Positions 49,556-61,480 of a DNA stretch of 64,000 nucleotides are shown piece by piece. The position numbers and the translations under genes were made by a program. Position 1 is the stretch's first letter. Each line of letters opens with the position of its first letter. Origin of the DNA: Octopus vulgaris (lineage: Eukaryota); NCBI GenBank assembly GCA_951406725.2, contig OX597814.1, forward strand, positions 181,474,001 to 181,538,000. The letters are read 5' to 3'. A model generated the notes under the pieces. The model was not told the origin of the DNA. It made no database searches and was given only the letters and a program-made list of their open reading frames with translations.

Positions 49556-51839
49556 CAGCAGCAGCAGTAACTTTAATAGCCGTTGGTCGTATGCAGTAAA
49601 AGAAATCTCAGTGTGCATATATTTTGAGTAATAAATAAATAAATGAATAAAAAAAATAGATAAATAAATAAAAATAAATAAATAATAAATGAAACTCAGC
49701 TACTGTGAGAAATTATGCAAACGATTACAATCAAAGATTGGTTCAAGATAGCTGAAATTGTAACTTCGGGAATTCATAACTATTTAAAAAGGGTGATATT
49801 TCTAAATAGCTAAGTATCTTTTACATGTAAAGAGACACTCATAACAACGCAATTTAACTGTGCTTTCCTGAATTACTGCTCTGGTTAAGAAATTACCCGA
49901 GGGCAATTTATACACTTTAATTATGCGACAGATTGTAAGATAGACAGATTAATAACAATGGCCGCTAAGTGGGTGGATAAGAAGACAGGTAGGTTAGGTA
50001 TATGACTGAATAATGTTACGGTTGAAAATCAAAAAAGGTCTGTGTCCTGTCTAAGGAAAATGTATAACAGTTTTGACCGAGAGAATATTTTCCTTGAACT
50101 TGACACAAAATTATAAACGCTGTAGGATGCTGTGATTTTAACTGCAACTAAAAGTAAGTCTTAATCCCTTACGTTTTATCTCATGGAGAAACCGCATATT
50201 CCTTGAGGCTCGTGTGACAACAGCTTTGTTCTTTGTTTTGTATTATTTTGTATTAAATACTTTCAAAAAAACTCCACGTGATTACAACAACAATTGCTTT
50301 ATTGTCACGCCTTTTTATTTTACTGGTCCTTTTGGCGCTACCCTTAGTGACCTTAATTCTTCTTATCTCAGAATATAATTCCCAGTTGAAAAGGTCTGAT
50401 TAGAATACTTATATACAACTGAATCTGATAATTTCGACAAGGGAGAAAAAGAAATGCTGTCAGTAACATTTGTAATTGTGTATTTATCTCCTCTGAAGTA
50501 TATATTCATTTCCTTAACATGCAGGTTTATTATTATTAGCAGAAACACCTTTTTTTAGAATTATAGGTTACATCAATTTGAGAAAGAATTTTGTTTTTAT
50601 AATAAATGCTTGTTACCTTATCAGGTATTTAGGTTAAGAGGAACTCGCTTTTCTTGCAGAATACTTGTATATTCAAATTATTTTAAGATTAGGACTTCTT
50701 AACAATAATAAGAAACAGACACACAAATTCTCCATTTTGTGTTTAAATAGACAAAGATGTATTTAAACAATTCGTTGTTACTCTATCTTTTAAAAAATAA
50801 ACGAAACAAAGCATTTCCAGTGAGTTTTACATGAGAGTATATGTCCTGAAAATATCTAAACTAACCGAACTTTGAGAGAAAGGGTGTTTCAGAATATCAT
50901 CAAAGAAACTTCTTTTGTTGTTTGGTTTATATACAGGTGATGGTAGATCTCTATCAAAAGTTAATTATGAGCGTCAAGCAACATAGTTAGCAATAACGGA
51001 GAATACTCTTTAGGTAACTGGGGTTTTTTAACCTATCGGTGACGCGATGTAAGCTCGCAAGGAGGCAACAAGTGTCAAGAGATGTTTAAAAAAACACTGA
51101 GTGCTTAGACGGGTGCAAGCCGTTGCCAAACTTTGGTGTCTAGGGGATGCTTCAGAATATTCTGGGTGGGCACTAATTTGTATTGCGGGAAGATTTTTGT
51201 ATACTGTATTTCCTAAATCTGAGGGTACACTATTGAATAGAGAGGGTGCAGTTCCGTCAAATGCTCTCCTCTCCTTAGCGATGGGCATGGATGGGTGGTG
51301 GTTATTTATAGAAATAAAATATTTAACGCAGGTACAATAGTTATATTTTAAACATATTTCCAAAAATCTTGTCGGGATTAAAATATGAATAGGGCGGACG
51401 AAGTTTTCACTGGAGAAAGTAGATATGAAAAGGATGATTGAAGACGATGAACCAAGAAACCTAAGCTCTTTGTTATACAAGACTCCCCTGATAATGTCAT
51501 TTCTTACTTTAACTTGTCAAGAAACTGATGGTCGACAACTTTAAGGGAAGCCATCTTCCGGAAGCAGCACCAACTGGGTCGACAAATGTACCCGACTCAT
51601 TTTGTAAGCCAGTTCGTGCCAACCCTGCTACAGCTGTTAAACTTATCGATACTGATGACCTAACTGCTACTGACTCAGTTCCTTCTCGGGCATCTTAGTC
51701 AGGTAAAGCGGACACCCACCCACTGGCACTCAGTCACACACACACGCGCGCGCACACGCATGAGTGTGTCGTGTACCTCTGTAAAAACGCACAAGACGAA
51801 AGGGTGTTCGTTTTAATTGACTGTCCGAGTTAATCTGTA

Positions 51840-51894
<55 letters not shown>

Positions 51895-52102
51895 AAATGG
51901 AAAGATGAATTATCTTGTTACGGATTATTCAAAAGTTTAACCGATACCTGGGTAGCAAAAATCACAGCAGAAAAAACACGGTTGGAGATATGACCATATG
52001 GTGTTGCAACCGTGCGTTGGCGCGGATAATTGAAGTTTAATATAATTAGTGAATGGAAGGAATTCTGTACAATCTTCGTTCAACTCCATTTCTTCCATTC
52101 AC

Positions 52103-52179
<77 letters not shown>

Positions 52180-52304
52180 TCGGTAATTTATATATGCGAA
52201 AAAGAAACACACTCTAAAACATTAAAGCAGTAATATATGTAGTGGATCTTGCAGGCATGAAGTGGATTCGATCCTAGATAGCCAAATTTAAATTAACACT
52301 TCAA

Positions 52305-52562
52305 CAAAACATTTCTCACGGTGGAACAATTGTTTTTCTGTGACAGCAGTTTTACATATGCCAGATGCCTTTAGCTAGGCACGAAATAATGTCTTCCCTA
52401 CTTGACTCTTCTAACCTCTCCTAGACCACCAAAAGCTAGAATTAAGATAACAAGACCACCAACTAAATCCATTGTTCTCAACGATATGTCTATCCTTCTG
52501 GATAGTTATAAAAACAAGAACCTCCAAGCAAAAATCAATTAGTCACTTGGTGATAACTGAGT
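52305..52562. repeat. Dispersed ~260-bp repeat (direct copy at ~61645-61906; partial inverted copy at ~45535-45618)
   Basis: Shared ggaacRatKgtttttctStgacagcagttttaca...caccaaaagctagaat..agataacaagaccacc. Confidence 0.75.
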
Positions 52563-52905
52563 TAGTCGGCTTGTGACAGCTCAATCAGTTAGTTGATGAA
52601 TGATAACTCGAGTCAGAGACAGCTACCATCAGTTAGAGAGCAGAATGCTAGTATCATGATCACAAGCAAGGCAGCTACTAAAGACAATGGTCAAATGGAG
52701 AAATGAAATTTACTGTCAGCAGCTATGAGACCCAACTCTGACTGAAATCAGTAAGAGATAACAGATAAACGATATATCTAGAACTATACGCCCAGTTTTC
52801 TTTCTTAATATGGTAATTTGAGGGAAATCTGCCTGCTATGTGTATTAGGCCAAGTGGTCCGCATAGACGCTCTCTCGTTGGCTAATAATCGTATTATTAT
52901 TATTA

Positions 52906-55890
52906 CCATTCAGTAGTTTTATTTTTATAACGTGCTTTCACTTCACTACCGAGCGCAGCTCTGTGTGCCTTGGGTATGTGCTGTGATTTGTTGTGATGTT
53001 CTGATGGTTACTGCATTGAAAGTGTTCTGCGTAGGATGTGGGCAGTGCCCAGTAGTGCAATTTTCTGTATGTTATATGTGTTTGTAAGTCCTGGTATTTT
53101 TGTTATGTATTTGTCTAAATATTTTTTTATCATGCCTAATGCACCTACTATGATAGGAATTGTTTCTGTTTTTAGATTTCACATTCGAGTTACCTCTATT
53201 TCCAGGTCTTTGTAATTTGAAAGTTTCTCCATTTCTTTAAGAGACACGTTGTCATCTGCTGGTATTGATACATCAATTAGAAAGCATTTTTTTTTCTTCA
53301 TGATCTCTGACAACTATATCTGGTCTGTTGGCCTTAATTTCTCTATCTGTGTGTATTGGCATATCCCAGAGTATGGTTACTTTCTCGTTCTCTGTGACCT
53401 TTTCTGGTGTGTGCCTATACCATCTTTTTTCTGTTGTTATTCCATAATGTTGGCATAGCTTCCAGTGTATGTAGGTCCCAACTCTGTCGTGTCTGTGAAT
53501 ATATTCCTTCTTAGCCAGGACTAGGCAGCCAGAAATAATATGATTTATTGTTTCTTGTCCATCTCCACATATTCTGCAGTTACTTGCTATATTTATTTTC
53601 ATTACATGTTTTTGGTAATTTCTGGTGGGGAGGCTTTGGTCTTGTGCTGCAATTAAAAAACCCTCTGTCTCTGCTTTGAGTCCTGAGCTTCTCAACCATT
53701 GCTGGGGTTTTTCTTTGTCTATTTCTTTTGCATTTAGTTTAGTCCAGTACTTGCCATGAAGGGGCTTTTGTTGCCATCGCTTTATCATGGTCCGTTGCTG
53801 TTCTAGTTTTAGGTTTGATTTAATTTGCTTTATAGCTTTTGTTGTGTTTTCTTCTCCTTCTTCTTCTTCTTCTTCTTCTTCTTCTTCTTCTTCTTCTTCT
53901 TCTTCTTCTTCTTCTTCTTCTTCTTCTTCTTCTTCTTCTTCTTCTTCTTTGGTAGGTGTGATTTCTTGTTTGTATTTGTCAGCTTCCTTAAATACTGAGA
54001 ACAATTTTTTGTTTTGCTCGTGTTTCGCCGCTATTTGTATCAGTTTTCCTTGCTTCTGAAGTAGGTATTTTTGCAGTCCTATGGTGGTTATTTTATAGTA
54101 GTTTTCCAGCTTTATAAAGCCTCTACCACCTTCTATACGTTGTATATATAGCCTTTCTATGTCAGATTTTGAGTGATGCATCCTAGATCCTGTCATTATT
54201 TTTCTTGTTTTCCTATCTATTTTGGTTAGTTCATTTAGCGTCCAGTTAAGGATATTGTAGCTGTAACTTATAACTGGGACGGCTAAAGTGTTAATACCTA
54301 TTATCTTGTTTTTAACATTAAGCTCTGTTTTGAGTATTGATCTAACTCGTCTATAGTATTCTTTCTTTATTTTCTCTTTTATTTGTGTGTGTTGTGTCTT
54401 ATCTAGTTCATGGATTCCTAAATATTTGTAAGTTTGGCTTTGGTCTAATTCTCTTATTTCATTGGCTTTATCTAGTGTGATGTTGCTACTCTTAACTAAT
54501 TTTCCTCTTTTCAGGGTTATTTTGGCGCAATTTTCTAATCCAAATTTCATATCTATTTCTTTGGTGAATCCATGAACTGTCTTTAATAGTGTTTCCAGCT
54601 GTTTGTCATTTGTAACGTATAGTTTTAGGTCATCCATATATAAAAGATAGCTGATTGTTTTGCCGTAACTTTTATATCCGCATCCTGTTCTATTTAGCAT
54701 ATCAGATAGAGGTGACAGTGCCAAGCAGAAAAGGAGTGGAGAGAGCGTGTCTCCCTGGAATATTCCTCTTCTAATGGGGATGGCTTTGGTTTTCACTAGT
54801 CCCTCTTTTGTTTGGAGCTGTAGCATTGTCTGTCATTTTTTCATAGCTATCTTTTATATATGGATGACCTAAAACTATACGCTGCAAATGACAAACAGCT
54901 GGAAACACTATTAAAGACAGTTCATGGATTCACCAAAGAAATAGATATGAAATTTGGATTAGAAAAAATAGATATGAAATTTGGATTAGAAAAAATTATA
55001 GAATTTTATAATTGTTGGTGCTACTTTGTTAATGGCTAGTGTTTCGAGGATCCATGTGTGGGGGATGCTATCAAACGCCTTTCTGTAGTCGATCCAGGCC
55101 ATACTGAAGCCTTTCTTCTTTCTGTGACTGTCTTCAGTTATGGCTTTATTGATCATTAGTTGATCTTTACAGCCATATGAGCCTTTGCGGCACTCCTTCT
55201 GCTCTTCTGGAAACAGGTTGTTTTCGTCCAGGTGCTTGTTCAATCTTTGTGATATTACTGCAGTGAATGCTTTGTACATTGTAGGGAGACAGGTTATAGG
55301 TCTGTAATTTTCTGGTTTTGCTGTCTCATTGGATTTGGGAATTAAGATGGTTTTTCTCTGCGTGAGCCATTCAGACATTGTCTCTGGCTCTGCCAGTATG
55401 TTGTTAAAGTTTTCGGCCAGCTTTTTATGCATTCCAGTCAGATATTTCAACCAGAAGTTGGGGATCTTGTCATGCCCAGGTGCTTTCCAGTTGCTTAGTC
55501 TTTGCAGTGCCTGGGTGACCTCTTCAGTTGTTATGGGGGTCCAAAGTTTCTCGGATGCTGAGTTTGTTGTTTTAATACTTCTTTTTTTTTTTTTGGTTGT
55601 TCAATCGCCGACCATATTTCTTTCCAGAATTCTTTCACTCTTCTGCCGTTGGTGCTGCAGTGATTTCTATTTTATTTTTGCCAAGTTCTTGGTAGAACTT
55701 TTTGGGGTTAGAGTTGAACTGTTTGTTTTGTTCAAAGAAGCGTTGGCGTTTCTCATACCGGCGGATCCTTTGTGCTTTGGCAAGGATATCTTGCTTTAGC
55801 TTTTCTTTTATCTCAGGTAAATCTTTTTCTGTGATGTATTTGCACAGTAGTTTTTGTTTTCTTTTTGTTGCTTAGTAGCGTTGATTGTCT
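52906..55890 (-). mobile_element. R4/Dong-like non-LTR retrotransposon (RT + CCHC + RLE), 5'-truncated, in a (TAA)n tract
   Basis: YRPITCLPTMYK, WIDYRKAFDSIPH, GIFQGDTLSPLLF, LLYMDDLKLY, CRICGDGQETINHIISGC, RHD and RPDIVV; (TAA)n at both ends. Clade assignment is inferred from the domain set and target. Confidence 0.9.
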
Positions 55891-55921
55891 TATTATAATA
55901 TTATTATTATTATTATTATTA

Positions 55922-56016
<95 letters not shown>

Positions 56017-56077
56017 TGCTGCTGTTGTTGTTGTTGCTGTTGTTGCTGTTGTTGCTGTGGTGGTCGTCGTTGTTGTT
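55890..56077. repeat. Compound microsatellite (ATT)n(AGT)n(GTT/GCT)n, representative of many (TA)n, (CA)n, (TAA)n, (GAT)n and (TAGA)n tracts in the window
   Basis: Seen directly; these tracts generate most of the low-complexity ORFs in the track. Confidence 0.95.
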
Positions 56078-56785
56078 CATTACTTTCGAGTAGTTCTGAT
56101 CGTATAGACATGTGTATCTAGAAAAACTTGCGCGCGCACACACACACACATATTTGTATGTATGTATGTGCATGTGCATGTATGTATTCACACACATACA
56201 TATGTATGGTGTGTATTTGTGTGTGCGTGTGTGTGTGAATATGCACGCGCGTTTGCACACACACACACACACACACAAACAAACAAATCCAAAGAATAGC
56301 CAAGATTAGCAAATCCTCATTGCGATAATCGCTAAAGTCTTTTGTTATGTTAATTACTGCTTATAATTTGGATTGATAAAAATCTTTTGTTGTGACTCTA
56401 TAAGCCTAAGGTTTATTTAAGTAAGCTACCTAATGTGTGTATTTCAAATATCTAGATATCTCCTGTTATCTTAAGCACTTTCAGATTAAGACCGACATTT
56501 TACCTGCAGGTTTTTGTTTGATAAAACTGAGATTTAATACCTTCTTCTCACTTCTTTTTTCCCTCTCTTTTCTTTCCCTCTTTCCTAGTGTCTTTTATGA
56601 TTCATATAATTTCAACCTTAAATATACGAGTCAACGATAGCTACTCTAGACGATCATTCATAATAAATAACAGTGAAATATCGCTCTGAAATCACCATTT
56701 AGCGTCTTAAGGATGGAAAGACACTTTGAACAGTCTTTTCCTAAGTATACAAAATGGGTTGGTCACCTTCTTTGTATATATAGAA

Positions 56786-57108
56786 CAGGAGTTCTCAACC
56801 ATCTTTTATCTATGGACCCCTTTAATTACTATTTCATTCTGGTGGACTCCCATAACCATTCGATGTTTAAAACAAGTTTTATAGAAACCTTCAAAATTCC
56901 TATTTTGTTTTTCACACATTAACTTGTGTAGGTTGAACTATGTAAAACATTAAAGAAACCTAGCTGTTTCTTGCAATACATACAAATACATACATCTAAA
57001 GCAAAAGTTTTTCATGGGCCCCTGAAATACTATAGTGCATCCCCAATTTACTATTTTTTTTGCATGGCGCTTCAAAAATCTTATATGGACCCCGGTTGAG
57101 AACCACTG
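56786..57108. mobile_element. hAT (Charlie-like) MITE
   Basis: TIRs CAGGAGTTCTCAACC / GGTTGAGAACCACTG; 8-bp TSD atatagaa / atctagaa. Confidence 0.88.
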
Positions 57109-57199
57109 ATCTAGAAGGTGATCAATTTTTCTAGATACACATATGTCTATATGATCAGAACAACTCGAAAGTAATGAACAACAACGACGACCACCACAG

Positions 57200-57231
<32 letters not shown>

Positions 57232-57283
57232 ATAACAACAGCAACAACAATAACTAATAATAATAATAATGATGATGATGATT

Positions 57284-57352
<69 letters not shown>

Positions 57353-57370
57353 GTGATGGTGATGATGATG

Positions 57371-57429
<59 letters not shown>

Positions 57430-57430
<1 letters not shown>

Positions 57431-57983
57431 CCCTGATGCAGTACCAGGCAGTGGCTCTCATGGCTTCTGATCTTAACTGATTGGAAGTGTTATCATGTAC
57501 ATTGTTTTGTCTTGGTATAAAAGATGGGCTACAGCAAATATTCTGCTCAATACCACAGATTTGCTTGTCAGTTGTTTGACCTTAACCAGTTGAGCATGTC
57601 CCTTAGTGGCTGACGATATGTGCATCTCTGATCATGAGCAGAAGTAGTGGGGGAGCATCATAGCCATGTGTTGAGAGGGATTCTTTGGGGTTTGAATAGT
57701 TCACCTCTGGAAACATGGGTGGTTCTTTCAACATCCTTAAACAACCCTTATTCAGGGACCGTTTGAGCGGGATGGGCTACTCAACCTGAAGAAAATTCTA
57801 ACTGGGCCCCACCTGCAAGGTCATGTGCTGTTTATCTTGATATGAGATCACCATGTTGCGCACATATGGTTGTGATGCATGTGCCTGGTGTACCTTTATC
57901 AGACGGGTAGTCATGATGGGTATATTGGGCTTCGTATATTTTACCCCAGTGTCACTTTGATGGCATGAACTGCTCTCTCACTC
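57430..57983. mobile_element. ~550-bp non-coding element inserted in a (TAA)n tract
   Basis: Complex sequence with (AAT)n on both sides; absent from the paralogous inverted arm. Confidence 0.7.
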
Positions 57984-58099
57984 AATAATAATAATAATAA
58001 TAATACGATTATTAGCCAACGAGAGAGCGTCTACAAAGGGGGGGGGGTTTACTACTCTTATTTATTTGAAACTTGGTGTAATTAGTTCTCAGAGCTTGC

Positions 58100-58900
58100 T
58101 CCTGGGCGCTGCATATCAATGCCTCAGTATATCATTTCAGATCACTTTTTCTTAGCCATCTCCAGGTGTTGGTCTTGTCTTTCCCTTCGATTTCTCTGAG
58201 GCATTGGCCACGCATTGTTTTCATGTTCCAATTGTTTATCCTTTGTTCTTCATCTTGTTTCTCAAATGTGTGTCATGTTTTCGGTATGTATCGTGTTATT
58301 TCTAACAGTGGCAAGCAAGGATTCACTCTGCTGTTGGATGTACCATCCCAGACTGTTCTTCTCGTTGGCAACACAAATCTTGCATCCTATGAAGCCTCTT
58401 CTTCCCTTGTACCAAGGCACGTACAGTTTATCAATATCGCTTTCTAAGTGCAGTTCCTTGCTAATTGTCATCACTTTCATGTTTTTTTTATCCATTTCCT
58501 CAAGCTCATTCTTTGTCCATCTAACGACACCTGCGCCGTATCGTATTAAGGAAACAGCCCATGTGTTCATTGCCCTGTTCTTGTTCTTTCCATTTAGTCT
58601 ACTTATCATAATTAAGTTAGTTCTCTTGAGATATTCTTACCTGAAGCTTTCCCTCATCTCATTCTCCTTGATTTATATCCATCAGTCTCAACATCCTTGA
58701 TTTTCTCACATTTGGATAGTTCTACACCATCAGACGACACTACTTTGCCTATTTGTATTATAAGCATACCACACTTTTTAGTTCCAAATTCCATCCCAAT
58801 ATCCTTACTGAATATCTACACTGTTGATATCAGACTATTTATTTCACGTTCGATCTTTCCGAAAATCTTAAGTCATCCATATGTAACATGATTTAATTTT
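58100..58900 (-). mobile_element. Decayed RLE-type LINE fragment (RT C-terminal part)
   Basis: SRLNGKNKNRAMNTWAVSLIRYGAGVVRWTKNELEEMDKK...DIDKLYVPWYKGRRGF, homologous to the 53273-54826 ORF. Confidence 0.8.
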
Positions 58901-59194
58901 TCAGATATAACAGATGATTTAATCTTTTGTTTTACTTGATTCGGCCATTGGAGTGTGACCATACTGGGAGACTGCCTTGAAGAATTTAGTAGATCAAATC
59001 GACCCAGTACATATTCCAATCTGGTATTCTATTGGCACTTTTTGTTGGACCGCTAATTCACGTGGACTTAAACAAATCAACAGCAGTTGTCAAGCGGTGA
59101 GAAACAAGCCCTAATGTAAATACTTGCACATATACATAACACGCAACCCTTCATATACAAATTCACACACATATAAAGCGCCAGGAAGATTAAA

Positions 59195-59409
59195 GTAAAA
59201 CTGCAGTGGAGAGTGGGATTTCGAACGTTTCCATCGAGTCCTTCTTCAGCGTTAGATGACAGGGATAAAAAATAAGGAAAATCAGTAGAGTTTTACATCT
59301 GTATTTCAAGGCCTGGCTGCAACTGATGGGGAACGTAAAAACAAAAAAAACTTTCGAGAAGGTCTCCGTCCAAAACGTTGGTAACTCCAGTCCTCCACAG
59401 CAATTTTAC
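59195..59409. repeat. Old imperfect inverted repeat with hammerhead-like cores
   Basis: Minus: cg CTGAAGA aggactcgatg GAAA CGT T cg (59222-59251). The plus arm carries the decayed version ttcgagaaggtctccgtccaaaacgttgg. Confidence 0.55.
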
Positions 59410-59587
59410 GTTACCTTAGATTCTATGACACTTTTTCCAAATAACACAAGTTTTGCAGATACAGATCACCACCAATCAAATGAATAGGGCAGACGAAGTT
59501 CTTACCGGCAACAGCAAAGCTGATAAGGATGACGAAGGCCTCTGTATTTTAGTGTTTTTATCAGACAGACACACGCACACACACACG

Positions 59588-59656
<69 letters not shown>

Positions 59657-60246
59657 GTATGTTTCTGTGTTTGTGCATTCCAGTGTCTAATTGCGTCCTT
59701 TTTACTTCAAAACGTAACTTCGTCATTCGCTGACTGGAAATCGATAATATGCGTACATTATGAATAAGAACTCTTTATCATTATGTAATGCTGTTTTTCC
59801 CGGAGGAGTGGTGAGTAGATAGCAGAATAGACAGCATGCAGGATAAAAGTCATACAGTATTTAGTTACCAGCAACTTAAACAGTCGCCAAGGACACCACA
59901 TACTAGGAGTATCAGGTCATGTGTTTAGGACTTCCAAAATGTGTATATAAGACTCAAAATGAAATAAAAGACACAATTCATAAAATATATAGTGCTTAGT
60001 TACGTAGGGGTAGTGTAGTTGCTGAATTTTGAAGCCTGATTTTGACAGTAAAATGTAATTCGAAAAGCTGTTAAGAGAACATCGACAAAATTATTTTGAA
60101 ATAATGAGCATGTATGAATAATGTTGATATAATTGCTAGCGCAACTCTTTCGGATAAATCCATCTCTCCAAATTTTGTCGTTCAGTGTTTTTGAAGTAAA
60201 ACCAATGAAAGGTGCTCTGCATTTCGGAGGGAAGAAGGATTGCATA

Positions 60247-60694
60247 TGTAGTGACGCCTGGTTCCAGACGCCATTTTGGTATTTTCATCCACACATGCGC
60301 AAGGATTAGAGCTTTCCGGAAGGCCTACCGGAAGCCCCTTATGCGCATGCGCAATCATCAGCAGCAGCTAGGCTTGACCGCCATTCTCTCTCTCTTCGGT
60401 CCCGGCTTCTGACCAGACAGGACGCATCTTAGACCAGCTCCATGGAGCTGGAATTCTGACGGCGAGCCACAATGCGAGTCTGTGAAAATGCCTTCGTATT
60501 TTTGTGTCTAACTACCAACCCTGCTGCTTCTCGCACACCAAGACGTCCAGGCTACCGATGTCCAGAGATGAAATGTTATTCAGGCGAAATAAATTATTAT
60601 TGCTATTTGTTTGGAGATATTTGTTCCCGCTATTTTCCTTTCCACGACTAAGGAATTGTGAGGTACCCATCCAGTGCCAACCTCACTTCCTACA
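60247..60694 (+). mobile_element. Solo LTR (448 bp), Ty3/Gypsy-like
   Basis: TGTAG...CTACA termini, 4-bp TSD cata (60243-60246 / 60695-60698), AATAAA at ~60588. Confidence 0.85.
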
Positions 60695-60899
60695 CATACA
60701 TGAACCAAAACCTTACGAACGCATTTGTATTGTCAATGCAGACTTAGGCGATATTGTCTAAGGAAGGAATTTTGAGTATTTTAAAAAGTAAGTTTGAAAA
60801 CTGGTCTCCAGAAGATGTCAACTACTATGATCCAATACACTAGCTAGGAGAATCATCTAAAGCAGAAACTGATCTCATCATTATGAAAAGGAGTGTATT

Positions 60900-61480
60900 C
60901 TATTAATAAGTGGCAAAGTTTACAAAAAGATACAAATAAAAGTGGTTTCTCTGTGACAATGATTTATAAAAAAATTAACAACGGAGATAATCTCCCTAGA
61001 AAGTAGCTTGTTTATCCAGAGAGCACCAATAAAATTTATTGTTTTCGGTTTCTCAGATGAGTTATTTTAGGTAAAATCTGGAATTACTAATTGGAAGCAT
61101 ACTCATAAATATTTACAATCGCATGAATATTCAGTGTATCATATGGAATGTTTTAAGAAGAGGTTTGAGACATCTTTGTCATTGCAGCACAATAAAATTA
61201 TGGAGGAGAGGCAATCACGTGTGGGGAAAACGAGAGCGTTGCTGTGAAGTTTTCGAATGTTTAATACGCATTAATGACTGCAACCATATTCTGAACAATG
61301 CTTTAGAATTATTTTCTGGAGATGTAAATCTTCCGATAGAATCTATTAGATTTATTAACAGTAATAAGTAACAAGATACCATACCAAATTTGTGGATTAC
61401 ATTGAGAATAAAGCTTACGATACCTGCATCTATGACCACAGAGGAGAGAAGCTTCGGTAAAGTAAAGCTGATAAATCATA
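60900..61480 (+). pseudogene. Internally deleted hAT transposase relic (TTF-type zinc finger + hAT dimerisation domain)
   Basis: PRK*LVYPESTNKIYCF, SGITNWKHTHKYLQSHEYSVYHMEC, and PNLWITLRIKLTIPASMTTEERSFGKVKLI. Confidence 0.8.

Noticed and set aside
53273-54826. 517-aa RT ORF as a domesticated host gene or a prokaryote-like RT system
   Set aside because: It is an ordinary RLE-type LINE ORF broken by frameshifts and an internal inversion, 5'-truncated, with microsatellite flanks.
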